Both the position numbers and the translations under genes were made by a program. From a virus (lineage: Duplodnaviria > Heunggongvirae > Uroviricota > Caudoviricetes): a DNA stretch of 64,000 bases. The DNA lies in the IMG/VR virus record IMGVR_UViG_3300028388_003891, positions 5,513 through 69,512 of that record. One strand, written 5' to 3'. Each line of letters starts with the position of its first letter. Within the stretch, counting starts at the first letter, position 1. The notes under the pieces are model-generated. The model was not told the DNA's origin and did no database searches. It saw nothing but the letters and a program-made list of their open reading frames with translations. Shown in pieces: positions 39,864 through 50,113 of the stretch.

Positions 39864-40916
39864 ATGTCGATAATGGATCGGCTAAAGAAAAACACAAAAC
39901 TCAAACACACTAGTGTAATGAGCGAAAGCACTATGTTTGGTAAGCGTGACATGGTGCCCACAGATGTACCAATGCTCAACGTTGCTTTATCAGGCGATGT
40001 CAACGGCGGGTTGACATCCGGCGTCACAATTGTGGCTGGACCAAGTCGCCATTTTAAAACAGCATACAGTCTTCTAATGGCTGCTGCGTACCTTAAAGCC
40101 AAACCACAGGCTGTCTTGTTGTTCTACGATAGTGAGTTTGGCTCGCCTCAAGCGTATTTTGAGACGTGGAACATCGACACTAGCCGTGTCCTCCACACAC
40201 CAATTACGAACGTTGAAGAACTGAAGCACGACCTTGTCAATCAACTACAGCAAATTGAACAGGGTGATGATGTCATAATCGTGATAGACTCGATTGGAAA
40301 TTTGGCGTCGATGAAAGAAGTGGAAGATGCTGTCGACGGAAAACAAGTGGCAGACATGACACGTGCGAAAGCGATGAAGAGTCTTTTTCGTATGATCACG
40401 CCAATGGTCAACCTCAAAGACATTCCTTTAATTGCTATCGCTCACACCTATAAAACAATGGAGATCTATTCCAAGGACGTTGTGAGCGGTGGAACGGGAT
40501 TGATGTATAGCGCTGACACAGTGTGGATTGTTGGACGTCGACAAAACAAAAACGGCACTGAGGTAGAAGGGTATGATTTCATCATTAATGTCGAAAAATC
40601 GCGATTTGTTCGCGAAAAATCTAAGATTCCTATTACGGTGTCTTGGGATGGTGGTATCGATCGCTATAGTGGTGTGGTGGACCTTGCTTGTGCCGGTGGG
40701 TTTATTGCTTGCCCTAGTAGGGGGTGGTTTAGCCGTATTAATCTCGATACGGGAGAAGTTAGTGAAGCTAAGTGCCGCGCCAAAGACATTGACGAACAGT
40801 GGATAACCGAGATTCTTGAGAGTCCAAAATTCCAGCAATATGTTGCCAATTTGTATCAAATTGGCAAGTATAGTGCAAATCCCATTGATTTTGAGGAGGC
40901 GCCAGGCGATGAATAA
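39864..40916 (+). CDS. uvsX: UvsX recombinase (RecA/Rad51-like)
   Basis: near full-length alignment with T4 UvsX (PMLNVALSGD, VAGPSRHFKT, LFYDSEFG, IDSIGNLAS, TRAKAMKSLFR). Confidence 0.9.
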   Translation: MSIMDRLKKNTKLKHTSVMSESTMFGKRDMVPTDVPMLNVALSGDVNGGLTSGVTIVAGPSRHFKTAYSLLMAAAYLKAKPQAVLLFYDSEFGSPQAYFETWNIDTSRVLHTPITNVEELKHDLVNQLQQIEQGDDVIIVIDSIGNLASMKEVEDAVDGKQVADMTRAKAMKSLFRMITPMVNLKDIPLIAIAHTYKTMEIYSKDVVSGGTGLMYSADTVWIVGRRQNKNGTEVEGYDFIINVEKSRFVREKSKIPITVSWDGGIDRYSGVVDLACAGGFIACPSRGWFSRINLDTGEVSEAKCRAKDIDEQWITEILESPKFQQYVANLYQIGKYSANPIDFEEAPGDE

Positions 40917-41229
40917 CATTGAGTACGACATTGTTCAACTTAACAACTACGTCGATCCGTCGATCGATCGCCCAGCGTCTCTTGGTATAAAGATACACGA
41001 CTCAACGTACGGCAAAGAAACAATCGCTATACACGATGTATTGGTCAAGGGTTTAGATACAGAAGATCCGGCGTTTGAGGTGTTTTGGTCGATTGTTGAC
41101 TCGCCAGAACACCCATTTATTCACGATAAAGAGCTGCGACGAATAGTCGGCAACATCGTGACCATAGAGATTGCCAAACAACTTGAAGTCGTTCTAGCCG
41201 AACATGGCGTGTTGAGGATCAATAAGTGA
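40909..41229 (+). CDS. hypothetical protein (106 aa)
   Basis: ATG overlapping uvsX stop. Confidence 0.45.
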   Translation: MNNIEYDIVQLNNYVDPSIDRPASLGIKIHDSTYGKETIAIHDVLVKGLDTEDPAFEVFWSIVDSPEHPFIHDKELRRIVGNIVTIEIAKQLEVVLAEHGVLRINK

Positions 41230-41513
41230 CCATTCCTTCATTCGAGATGACGCAGGCAATTTATCCACCAAGAGAAGGGGAGCAAGAGGTATCGCTTGGG
41301 GCAAAAATCACTATAAAAGATGGGCCGTTTGAGGGGTACACCATACTGGTGACCGAGGTGTTTGATGATGGCAGTCCGTATAGTCTCGGTCTGAAATATA
41401 ATGCAGTAGCCCCATCAAACGAAACAGATGAGATTGATTATGACGCGTTGGACCCCGTGGTGGGTGCAATAATTGAAAAAGCTGTGGAGAGCTCGTTAAA
41501 TGACTATGAATAA
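41226..41513 (+). CDS. hypothetical protein (95 aa)
   Basis: coupled ORF. Confidence 0.4.
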   Translation: MTIPSFEMTQAIYPPREGEQEVSLGAKITIKDGPFEGYTILVTEVFDDGSPYSLGLKYNAVAPSNETDEIDYDALDPVVGAIIEKAVESSLNDYE

Positions 41514-42870
41514 CGATATCGAGCATATCATTGTTTCATCCCTTTTCACTAAAGAGCAATTTTTGCGTAAAGTGGTTCCATTTATGGAACTCGAGTATTT
41601 TACGCCGCCATATCAGGATCTGTTCAGAGTATTTGTGACATACGTTGCACAATACAATAAATCGCCGTCTCCACAAGAGTTGCTTGTGGAGCTCGACAAA
41701 TACAGAGATAAATTCCCACCAGAGCGTTACACAAACGCTGTAACGACAGCACCTCAAATGTTTATTGAGCCAGATGTTGACGATGACTGGCTGATCGACG
41801 TCACAGAAACGTGGTGCAAAGAGCGAGCTATTCATAATGCTCTAATGCGGTCGATATCGATCTTAGATGATAAAGACAAGTCCTTGTCAAAAGACGGTAT
41901 TCCTGGTCTTTTGCAGGACGCTCTTGCTGTGTCATTCGACGTTAATGTGGGACATGACTACATCGATAATGCTGAGCAGCGCTATGAATTTTATACGACG
42001 AAAGAATCACGCATAGTGCTCGACCTCGACATCCTTAATGAGATAACACAAGGAGGTCTTACCAATAAATCAATGGCAGTGATAATAGCGCCGACTGGCG
42101 TTGGTAAGAGTCTCGTGATGTGCCATATGGCTGCGGGCGCAGTAAGAAATGGGTATAACGTGCTTTACATAACAGCCGAAATGGCTGAATATCGTATAGC
42201 CGAAAGAATAGATGCGAATCTGTTTGATGTTCCTATCGATCAGCTTTCGACGATGTCGAAAGACATGTTTATGAAACAAGTCGAAAAGGTGTCGGGGCAG
42301 CAGTTTGGCCGTCTGGTGGTTAAAGAATACCCAACGGGTCAAGCACACAGTGGTCATTTTCGTGCTTTATTGAACGAGTTAAAGCTCAAGAAAAAATTTA
42401 AGCCACACATCATATTTGTGGACTATCTCAATATCTGTGCCAGCGCCAAGTTGAAAGGAATTGGTGGATCGGTTAACTCTTACACATACGTCAAAACAAT
42501 TGCTGAAGAGCTTAGAGGTCTTGCTGTTGAACAAGATCTTCCAATCGTCACTGCAACGCAAACTAATCGTGCGGGGTACAACAACACTGACCCCGATCTC
42601 GACGCCACTTCTGAATCATATGGTCTGCCATCGACTGCAGATCTGATGCTAGCCCTTATCTCAACCGAGGAGCTTGAGCAACAGCAAATGCTAATGTGGA
42701 AGCAATTGAAAAACCGCTATCGTAATCCATCTCATTATCGGCGTTTTGTCACGGGGATTGACCGTTCAAAAATGCAGCTCAAAAATATTGAACAAATCGA
42801 TTTGACACAAGATCCAGATATAAGTAGCCACAACCAACCAGCTCCAGTGAGTGCCGACTATGAGTGGTAA
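41500..42870 (+). CDS. replicative DNA helicase (gp41, DnaB-like)
   Basis: Walker A IIAPTGVGKS, DnaB C-terminal motifs. Confidence 0.85.
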   Translation: MTMNNDIEHIIVSSLFTKEQFLRKVVPFMELEYFTPPYQDLFRVFVTYVAQYNKSPSPQELLVELDKYRDKFPPERYTNAVTTAPQMFIEPDVDDDWLIDVTETWCKERAIHNALMRSISILDDKDKSLSKDGIPGLLQDALAVSFDVNVGHDYIDNAEQRYEFYTTKESRIVLDLDILNEITQGGLTNKSMAVIIAPTGVGKSLVMCHMAAGAVRNGYNVLYITAEMAEYRIAERIDANLFDVPIDQLSTMSKDMFMKQVEKVSGQQFGRLVVKEYPTGQAHSGHFRALLNELKLKKKFKPHIIFVDYLNICASAKLKGIGGSVNSYTYVKTIAEELRGLAVEQDLPIVTATQTNRAGYNNTDPDLDATSESYGLPSTADLMLALISTEELEQQQMLMWKQLKNRYRNPSHYRRFVTGIDRSKMQLKNIEQIDLTQDPDISSHNQPAPVSADYEW

Positions 42871-43039
42871 AGGTAGTAATCCAAGACCAATGAATGTCGA
42901 TCGTTCGACGTTTGAATCCAATTGGGACGCTATATTTAAGCCTAAGCCTCCGTCACAGTCGGTGCCTACACCACAAGGAAAACCAAGCATTGAGGACGCC
43001 AGCACTGTACAACGTCAAACGCTACAAAAAGAAGCATAG
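42859..43039 (+). CDS. small hypothetical protein (60 aa)
   Basis: ATG overlapping gp41 end. Confidence 0.3.
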
Positions 43040-43053
43040 AATCGTTTTAGCGG

Positions 43054-43235
43054 CATTGGGGACAATGTGTATCATCATATTAATGTCTGCATGCTCGCAC
43101 ACTATTAGCAATACAGGCAGCCGAATAAAAGGACGACCTGTTACTGGATCATCTGAAGCTTACGTTGAAATGTGTAAGCGAGAGTTGATAGACAACCCCG
43201 ACACACCTCTTTGTCCGAAAAGTGTAGAACGATGA
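43054..43235 (+). CDS. putative small lipoprotein
   Basis: MCIIILMSAC lipobox-like; start uncertain. Confidence 0.3.
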
Positions 43236-43645
43236 ATGAACAACAGCAATTAGAAGCCGTGCAAGCCCTACATCGTACGATGTGGGGGCTATTCGATTAT
43301 CAGCACGACGAACGCACGTACCAACAGATAGAGCACTGGCGATCACATGCAGATGCTGTGTTGCACAACGAGCGGTTTACAGATGATTGTGACGGATACG
43401 CATGGACGGCTTGTGAGATATTGTTAGAAGAGGGGTTCAGCCCATCAAATGTGTTGTTTATCGTATGCAAAACAGAATTGAATGAGGGACACGCAGTATG
43501 TGGTGTCAACATTGGCGCTGACACATACATTGTTGATAACCGTTTCAAACACGTATACAAATGGACGGAACGAGAAGATTACCAGTGGGATTTCAAAATG
43601 AGCCTTGACCAGCCCGGTCAATGGTACGTGGTTACAAATGGCTGA
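43232..43645 (+). CDS. putative Cys-His-Asp peptidase-like protein
   Basis: DDCDGYAWTACEILLEEGF ... NEGHAVCGV suggests papain/transglutaminase-like triad. Confidence 0.35.
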   Translation: MNEQQQLEAVQALHRTMWGLFDYQHDERTYQQIEHWRSHADAVLHNERFTDDCDGYAWTACEILLEEGFSPSNVLFIVCKTELNEGHAVCGVNIGADTYIVDNRFKHVYKWTEREDYQWDFKMSLDQPGQWYVVTNG

Positions 43646-43904
43646 ATTTAATGATTTTGGGTTTACTGCTGTTGACGACACAGAACTAGAACCCGTTGTC
43701 ACAACATCAACACAGCTGAGCGAGGCGTACAGTGCCTTGCGACAGATACGCATGCGTATTGATCGGTTGCTAACAAACTTACAAGCTAACCCTGAGAAAG
43801 ACTATCTGTACTGGCCCAATCGCGTTGAGCACGTGGAGGCGTTTCGTCGTGAACTCGACGCAATAGCCATCGAAAGCGACGACGAACCGAACTTCGCTGA
43901 TTAG
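43605..43904 (+). CDS. hypothetical protein (99 aa)
   Basis: ORF. Confidence 0.35.
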   Translation: MTSPVNGTWLQMAEFNDFGFTAVDDTELEPVVTTSTQLSEAYSALRQIRMRIDRLLTNLQANPEKDYLYWPNRVEHVEAFRRELDAIAIESDDEPNFAD

Positions 43905-43969
43905 CTACCCGTTGTGCTTCAAGCCGCAATTGGGGATAATGTCCCTGTTGGCAAAAAAGGAGCAACGAC

Positions 43970-44323
43970 ATGACACGACGCAACAGCACTTCTTCTGGTC
44001 ATCCCATTCCGCAAGACGCTGAAGAGTGGACTACTGAGTGGCGTAAAGAAGGTGGCGCGATCGTTCCGGTTGCAGTACCTATCGCCGAGTACAACGCTAA
44101 GCGTGATACGATGGCAAAGCGTAAGCTCAATGGCGATACTTCCGCCAACAACAACGTGATCGAAAAGCCTAAGCGTGCAAAGCGCAGCAAGGCTGATACT
44201 GCAGAGCGCAAAGCTCGTGCACATGAGATGTTCCGCAACGGCTCATCTGTTAGTGACGTTGCCAAAGAGTTAGACATCTCTTATGGCAACGCTCACTACT
44301 TCCACAGGACCTTCAAATCGTGA
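43970..44323 (+). CDS. HTH-domain protein
   Basis: C-terminal SVSDVAKELDISYGNAHYFHRTFK helix-turn-helix. Confidence 0.45.
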   Translation: MTRRNSTSSGHPIPQDAEEWTTEWRKEGGAIVPVAVPIAEYNAKRDTMAKRKLNGDTSANNNVIEKPKRAKRSKADTAERKARAHEMFRNGSSVSDVAKELDISYGNAHYFHRTFKS

Positions 44324-44517
44324 TCTTCAACGTACAAGAAATCACCGCCCTGATCGACAACGCGACAACGCGTCGGTCGCTTTACGATAGCGATGGTGAA
44401 GAGCACTGGGTTCCGTTTGTCGATCGTGTGGCTGTGTACAACGAACTGGTGTACAATCATAACCTGAGCCGTTTGCAAGCGGACGCAGTAATGAAAAAAT
44501 ACGAGCACTTGATGTAG
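44320..44517 (+). CDS. hypothetical protein (65 aa)
   Basis: coupled ORF. Confidence 0.35.
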   Translation: MIFNVQEITALIDNATTRRSLYDSDGEEHWVPFVDRVAVYNELVYNHNLSRLQADAVMKKYEHLM

Positions 44518-45020
44518 TGATGACACGGATCGAACAAGCTGAGTTATTTGCGGTTGAGGCCCACCAAGGGCAGGTTCGCAAGTACACAGGTCTACCGTAC
44601 GTCACGCATCCATTCGCGGTTGCGGAGATCGTAAAGACCGTCGACCACACTGAAGAAATGATCATCGCTTCTCTTCTACATGACACTGTGGAAGACACGG
44701 ATGTGTATCTGTTCCAGATTGCTCGCTTGTTCGGCGTTGATGTGTCAGTCCTCGTTTACTACACATCTGAGGTCAGCCAGAAGCATCACGGCAATCGAGC
44801 CGTTCGCAAAGCGATGGACAGGGAGCACTACGCTCGAGGTCCTGCTGACTCTCAGACCATCAAAGTCGCTGACTTGATCCATAACGCCGGATCGATCAAG
44901 AAATACGATCCCAAGTTTTGGAAAGTGTTTCGTGAAGAGAAAAGGGCGTTGTTAAACGCCCTTGTCCTTGCCGACCCAAAGCTGGTACAATTAGCATATA
45001 GGATCATTGAGGAGGAATGA
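44517..45020 (+). CDS. HD-domain (p)ppGpp hydrolase (small alarmone hydrolase, SpoT/Mesh1-like)
   Basis: AHQGQVRKYTGLPYVTHPFAVAEIV...ASLLHDTVEDT matches RelA/SpoT hydrolase HD motif. Confidence 0.7.
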   Translation: MMTRIEQAELFAVEAHQGQVRKYTGLPYVTHPFAVAEIVKTVDHTEEMIIASLLHDTVEDTDVYLFQIARLFGVDVSVLVYYTSEVSQKHHGNRAVRKAMDREHYARGPADSQTIKVADLIHNAGSIKKYDPKFWKVFREEKRALLNALVLADPKLVQLAYRIIEEE

Positions 45021-45022
45021 CG

Positions 45023-46135
45023 ATGAAAATGGATATTTTGTATAGTCGCGATGCTAAGGGTCGCGAGATCCAATGGCAGGGTGAAGTGATTGACAATCGG
45101 TACCGTACGATCAATGGTCTGGTTGGCGGCAACCTCAAGACGTCTGAGTGGACCGAGTGTGGTTACAAGAACTACGGCAAGAGCAACGAAGTGCCGCCCG
45201 AAGAGCAGGCGATTAAAGAGATGGAAGCCATGTACGCTAAGAAACTGCGTACTAAGTACTCCGTGGAGCGTGGCGCTATCCATGAAACGATCAAGCCAAT
45301 GCTTGCAGTGCCGTGGAAGAAAATGATCGACCGCATCGACTACCACAAGGGCGTGTTCGTTCAGCCCAAGCTTGATGGTATCCGCTGCCTCGCTACTAAG
45401 GACGGACTGTTCAGCCGCACAGGCAAAGAGATCGTTGCTGTCCCTCACGTGTTTGAGTCGCTGCGGCCATTTTTCGAAGAGAACCCTGACACTATTTTGG
45501 ATGGTGAGCTGTACAATCACGACCTACGTGACAACTTCAACGAGATCACCAGCATCGTACGCAAGCAGAAGGTCACGCAGCAGGACATCGTCCGTGCACG
45601 TGAAGGTATCCAATACCATATGTACGACTGCATCGTTAGCAAATTTCCAGACCTTGATTTCGAAAGTCGCTTTCACAGACTGATCACCGCGGAGCTGGCT
45701 GCCAGAGAACCTCACATCGTTACGGTCGATACCACGACGGCCAACAGCCTCGAGGCTGTCAACGATCTGTACTCCTCCTACATCGGTCAGGGATACGAGG
45801 GTGGCATCGTTCGCGTCAACGGTCGTTACGAGAACAAGCGGTCCAATCTGCTGATCAAGCGCAAGGACTTCTTCGACGAGGAGTTCGACGTGATCTCGAT
45901 TGAAGAGGGCACAGGCAATTGGGCTGGCCTTGCCAAGCGAGTGGTGCTGCGTCACCCCAATGGTAACGAATTCGGTGCTGGTATGATGGGCTCCAAGGAT
46001 TACGCTAAATACATCCTCGACAATGCACAAAAGTTCATTGGCAAGCAAGCGACGGTTCAGTACTTCGAGTTGACACCTGGTGGCGTTCCTCGCCACGGCA
46101 CCGTCAAACAGTTCCATGAACAGCCGAGGTGGTAA
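45023..46135 (+). CDS. ATP-dependent DNA ligase
   Basis: adenylation motif QPKLDGIRC (KxDG), OB-fold C-terminus; start at ATG 45023 with GAGGAGG RBS. Confidence 0.85.
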   Translation: MKMDILYSRDAKGREIQWQGEVIDNRYRTINGLVGGNLKTSEWTECGYKNYGKSNEVPPEEQAIKEMEAMYAKKLRTKYSVERGAIHETIKPMLAVPWKKMIDRIDYHKGVFVQPKLDGIRCLATKDGLFSRTGKEIVAVPHVFESLRPFFEENPDTILDGELYNHDLRDNFNEITSIVRKQKVTQQDIVRAREGIQYHMYDCIVSKFPDLDFESRFHRLITAELAAREPHIVTVDTTTANSLEAVNDLYSSYIGQGYEGGIVRVNGRYENKRSNLLIKRKDFFDEEFDVISIEEGTGNWAGLAKRVVLRHPNGNEFGAGMMGSKDYAKYILDNAQKFIGKQATVQYFELTPGGVPRHGTVKQFHEQPRW

Positions 46136-46939
46136 TTGGTTTGGATCACGTACGCAATGAGCGTAGCGATAGCGGCGGTAGCTGCTTGGTACAGCATCAC
46201 AGGGTTAACAGCGATCTTTGCGGGGGCGAAGATCGCTATCGTTGTTATGGGGTGTGTACTCGAAGCAGGCAAACTGGTTGCCGTAAGCTGGCTACAACGA
46301 AATTGGCACGCAGCACCTCTTGCAATCAAGAGCTATCTGACAGCTGCAGTCGCCGTGCTGATGGTGATTACCTCGCTCGGCATTTTCGGTTTCTTGTCTA
46401 AAGCACACATTGAGCACACTACGCTTGTAGGAACAGATAATGATATCACAATGGAGGTCGTCGAGACCCGTATCGCCATTCACCAACGATCGATCGAAGA
46501 CGCTCGTACTGCTCTCTCCCAACTCGACGACGCGGTGGACGTTCTCATCTCGTACGATCGTATTAGAGGTCCCGATGGAGCGTTACAGGTTCGTGCCTCG
46601 CAACAAGATGAAAGGGATGCACTCAACGAAACGGTCAATCAAGCGCTACGTGAACTTGAAGTACTGCAGCAAGAGAAAGCGCAGATCCAACGAAAAAAGG
46701 CCGAAGTTGAAGTGGAGGTTGGACCAATTAGGTACGTGGCTGCACTCATTGGAGACGACGAGACAGACCTCGGACGAGCCGTCCGTGTGGTAACGCTATT
46801 GCTGGTGTTCGTTTTCGATCCACTGGCCGTAGCATTACTAATGGCTGCAAATGCAGCGTGGAGTAATAAAGCAGCTCGAGCGTCAAAGAACACTCTTATC
46901 ATTCCAAAATCACAAGTTGCAAAATATGACAATGATTGA
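46136..46939 (+). CDS. membrane protein with central coiled-coil
   Basis: N-terminal TM helices, coiled coil, C-terminal TM helix. Confidence 0.45.
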   Translation: MVWITYAMSVAIAAVAAWYSITGLTAIFAGAKIAIVVMGCVLEAGKLVAVSWLQRNWHAAPLAIKSYLTAAVAVLMVITSLGIFGFLSKAHIEHTTLVGTDNDITMEVVETRIAIHQRSIEDARTALSQLDDAVDVLISYDRIRGPDGALQVRASQQDERDALNETVNQALRELEVLQQEKAQIQRKKAEVEVEVGPIRYVAALIGDDETDLGRAVRVVTLLLVFVFDPLAVALLMAANAAWSNKAARASKNTLIIPKSQVAKYDND

Positions 46940-47171
46940 ACATGACAGTGATGTAGGTGAAGGCGTAACGGGTGTGATCACAATCACACAAACGCCCGAA
47001 GCAGATAAATGGTTTTCAGAACTACACCCCGACCAGCAAATAGTCATAGCCGACCTCGAGCAACGGTTAGCTCAAGCTAGAGCTGCTGGCGACACGCAAA
47101 CGACAAAGGAGCTGTCCGAAGAGCTGGGCCGTTTGCTTGGCTCTTTACTTTGTGACACACTAGGTTTATAA
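46851..47171 (+). CDS. hypothetical protein (106 aa), overlaps previous
   Basis: ORF in alternate frame; uncertain. Confidence 0.3.
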   Translation: MQRGVIKQLERQRTLLSFQNHKLQNMTMIEHDSDVGEGVTGVITITQTPEADKWFSELHPDQQIVIADLEQRLAQARAAGDTQTTKELSEELGRLLGSLLCDTLGL

Positions 47172-47839
47172 TGACATTCAATCTTGACTTGATACAGGGC
47201 ATTCCCGAGAGCGAGCGCATTGAGATAGATGGCGTTCGACACTACGTACTAGAGGACGGGTGCCACAAACCTTATCCTTCTGTGACGACAGTTGTCGAAA
47301 CTGATCCTGGTAAACAACGAAGTTTATTAGCATGGCGTCAGCGAGTAGGCGACAAAAACGCTGACCATATTTCCGATCAAGCAGCCGACACGGGTAGCAA
47401 GGCGCACAAGTTGATCGAAAACTATATACGAGGGGATGAGCTTGATTTTTCACAATGCGGTTTAGTGGCCCAAGATATGTTTCACCGCTTACAACAGACA
47501 GCGGACGAACATATAAACAACGTGCGAATGATCGAGCAGCAGATGGTTTCGCATCATCTTCGCGTAGCTGGTACAGTAGACCTAGTGGCTGAGTGGGATC
47601 AGCAGCTCGCAATTATTGATTGGAAAACTTCACGAAAACAAAAACGTGTTGAATATATCGACGGCTATTTTATGCAAGAGTCTGCGTACGCCGTAATGGT
47701 CGAGGAGATGACGGGAATTCCGATAACCAAGCTAGTGACAGTAATCGCAACGCTCGATGGTCATTTGCAGGTGTTTGAAAGTGAAAGAGATCAGTGGATC
47801 GACAAATTCATTGCGTTACGCAGCCGCATGGCTGATTGA
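47171..47839 (+). CDS. PD-(D/E)XK nuclease (RecB/Cas4-like fold)
   Basis: VDLVAEW...LAIIDWKTSRK core motif. Confidence 0.55.
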   Translation: MTFNLDLIQGIPESERIEIDGVRHYVLEDGCHKPYPSVTTVVETDPGKQRSLLAWRQRVGDKNADHISDQAADTGSKAHKLIENYIRGDELDFSQCGLVAQDMFHRLQQTADEHINNVRMIEQQMVSHHLRVAGTVDLVAEWDQQLAIIDWKTSRKQKRVEYIDGYFMQESAYAVMVEEMTGIPITKLVTVIATLDGHLQVFESERDQWIDKFIALRSRMAD

Positions 47840-48032
47840 GGGTACATTATGCTCCGCAGAATAGGACTGATGAGTCAATTTACATTGTGGTTGAGGCTAT
47901 TTTGGGCTAAAGCGCGTGGATGCCCATATCCAGGTGCCACATACGATGCCACTCTGCACAAGTACATTGTGCATGATTTCCGTTTGTATCAGTTTGCTCG
48001 CTTACATGGGTACGCAGAGTACCGCGATGATT

Positions 48033-48203
48033 GATATGTTGACGCCATGTGTGAGAATGTGTGGCGTCAACGATGAGGGACGCTGTCAAGGTTGCGGCCG
48101 TACAGAGCAACAGCTAAGGGAATGGCGCTACTATAGTGATGATCAGAAGCGATCTATTATCACACGTTTAACGCAGCAACAGCAGAACCAACGTCGCCAG
48201 TAG
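48033..48203 (+). CDS. DUF1289-like Cys-rich protein
   Basis: CVRMCGVNDEGRCQGCGRTEQQLREW pattern; start chosen at internal Met of ORF 47916. Confidence 0.35.
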   Translation, partial: DMLTPCVRMCGVNDEGRCQGCGRTEQQLREWRYYSDDQKRSIITRLTQQQQNQRRQ

Positions 48204-48402
48204 GTGCTAAGATTGTCGTTTTGTTGCCATGACGGACAGCTACAACATTCTTTCCATTAGCACGAGCCCGTAGGTTAGGAGGTAGCTCGGCAACAGTGAC
48301 CCCCCGTTTCCCCTCTAACGCGCTCTGTACGCTGGGCGGCAAATCATTGTAGTCAATGACCTCAGTGTTAATTGGGGTGAATGGCTTGCGGCGAGTGGCC
48401 AT
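48160..48402 (-). CDS. hypothetical protein (80 aa)
   Basis: minus-strand ORF with GGAG RBS 6 nt upstream of ATG. Confidence 0.35.
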   Translation of the reverse strand: MATRRKPFTPINTEVIDYNDLPPSVQSALEGKRGVTVAELPPNLRARANGKNVVAVRHGNKTTILAPTGDVGSAVAALNV

Positions 48403-48430
48403 AACAACTCCATGATAGTTTTCAGTTATT

Positions 48431-48438
48431 TATAAATA
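48431..48438 (+). promoter_or_regulatory. late promoter TATAAATA
   Basis: exact match upstream of basic-protein gene cluster 48557-49957. Confidence 0.55.
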
Positions 48439-48556
48439 CAAGAAACACATCCAATGGGGCCCCTATGAATCAGACAAAGACATCGACAATGATGGCGATG
48501 CCGATTCGACCGATCGATACTTACACAATCGCCGCAAGACCGTTACCAAAGCTGTA

Positions 48557-48943
48557 ATGCACGACGGTAAAACCGTTAAAGAAAGCGACTGCAACAAGCG
48601 TAAAATGAGGGGTAGGTCGTTTAGTAGTATGACGACCGACGAAATTGGCAACCTGCCAAAAAACAAAACTGCTTTAGGTCATCAACAATCGTCAGACAAG
48701 TCTGCAGCACATCAGCAAATTAAAGACCTGTATGCGCGCCGTGCTCAGACAAGCGGACATGGCAAACGTGCTAAAATCACAGCTCGGATTGACGCTCTCA
48801 AAAAGCAGCACGGCATCAAAGAAGATGGTGAGGACATGATTGTTGAGGGTTATGGATCCGTATTCAACAACATAGATAGCGACAATGACAAGATAGTGCC
48901 AGGCGCGTTCCAGCGATCACTTAAAAAGCGTAAACTACGCTGA
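48557..48943 (+). CDS. basic Lys/Arg-rich protein (internal/DNA-binding protein candidate)
   Basis: ORF downstream of TATAAATA 48431-48438. Confidence 0.4.
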   Translation: MHDGKTVKESDCNKRKMRGRSFSSMTTDEIGNLPKNKTALGHQQSSDKSAAHQQIKDLYARRAQTSGHGKRAKITARIDALKKQHGIKEDGEDMIVEGYGSVFNNIDSDNDKIVPGAFQRSLKKRKLR

Positions 48944-48956
48944 ACGAGATACACAT

Positions 48957-49388
48957 ATGCACGGTCTGCGTCATAGAGGCTACAAGGACAACAGCCCCCT
49001 TATGAAGGCCTACGACCAGGCGCAGAAACGTCGAATGAGTGGCCTAACTCGTGCGCATAAGCGTCTCAACAAAGAAAACGCTGAGCATCTTGATGAGCTG
49101 CGTAAATCCACGTATGCTAAGTACATTAGCAAAGCAGCTCGTTCTTCTTCGTACAACATGAAGGATGCAGAGACGTCAGACCAAGATGCCGATTACCACA
49201 ATGCGCGTGGCAACGAGTACCACCCAAACAATATGACGCCTGGCAACACATTGAAAAGTGAGCCTACTGCCAAAATGCACTACAAGATGGCTGATAAGCA
49301 TCGTGCCGCTGCAGGTAAGTCTCGCGCTAAGATGCTCAAGCGTCACAAGGGCGTTGACCGTGCTTTGCGACTGATGATGCAAAAGTAA
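48957..49388 (+). CDS. basic Lys-rich protein
   Basis: ORF. Confidence 0.45.
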   Translation: MHGLRHRGYKDNSPLMKAYDQAQKRRMSGLTRAHKRLNKENAEHLDELRKSTYAKYISKAARSSSYNMKDAETSDQDADYHNARGNEYHPNNMTPGNTLKSEPTAKMHYKMADKHRAAAGKSRAKMLKRHKGVDRALRLMMQK

Positions 49389-49957
49389 TGGAAAAGTACA
49401 AGCCGAGCAAGCACGAATGGGGCAAACCAGCTTCCACTCGTCTTGCAAAGAAAATCACACCTAATGAGAAGGTAAAAATGGAATCGTTCGAGTCATTCAT
49501 TTGTGAGATCAGCCAAAGTACCAAAGACCGTTACCTGCGTCGAGCGACTGGTGATGCGACTATGGCCAACTTTGCAAAACGTAGCACGTCTGGCAAAGAG
49601 CAAGAGTACTGGGCACGCAAAGAGAAGAATCGCAAGAAGGGTATCGCGCGAGCTCTTCCAAAAAGAAACTACACTGCTGAATCGAGCAAGCCCAAGCCGA
49701 TTGCGAGTGTGAGTTCTACTTCCGGGTCGAACACGCATTACATCCATCACTGGGACAATGGCGAGATCACATCCCACGGTGGCCGCAGCAAAACATCTCT
49801 GGCGCTCTCTAACCACGCCTTCAATCATCGAGGTGGAACCAAAGCAGCGGCGAAGGCAGTGACTGATGTTGTAAAGAGCGCAAAGAACAGCGATGATCTT
49901 GCCAATAAGTTGAACAGCAGTCGCCTTGGCTCAACTAACTGGAAACCAGTAAAATAA
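49388..49957 (+). CDS. basic Lys/Ser-rich protein
   Basis: ORF. Confidence 0.45.
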   Translation: MEKYKPSKHEWGKPASTRLAKKITPNEKVKMESFESFICEISQSTKDRYLRRATGDATMANFAKRSTSGKEQEYWARKEKNRKKGIARALPKRNYTAESSKPKPIASVSSTSGSNTHYIHHWDNGEITSHGGRSKTSLALSNHAFNHRGGTKAAAKAVTDVVKSAKNSDDLANKLNSSRLGSTNWKPVK

Positions 49958-50113
49958 TTTTCGATTGCCTGGTTGATAAACGACACTAACGGACTATATA
50001 CTATCACTATGTTGACGAATTTACATACAACAATACTCCCCCAAAGTAATCGCCCACTGATTGGCGGTTGGGGATCGTATTGTGTGGCGTTTGAGCGCAA
50101 AGATCCCAACATA

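Noticed and set aside
45524-46117. Minus-strand 197-aa ORF
   Set aside because: Antisense to the DNA ligase gene with its clear KxDG motif.
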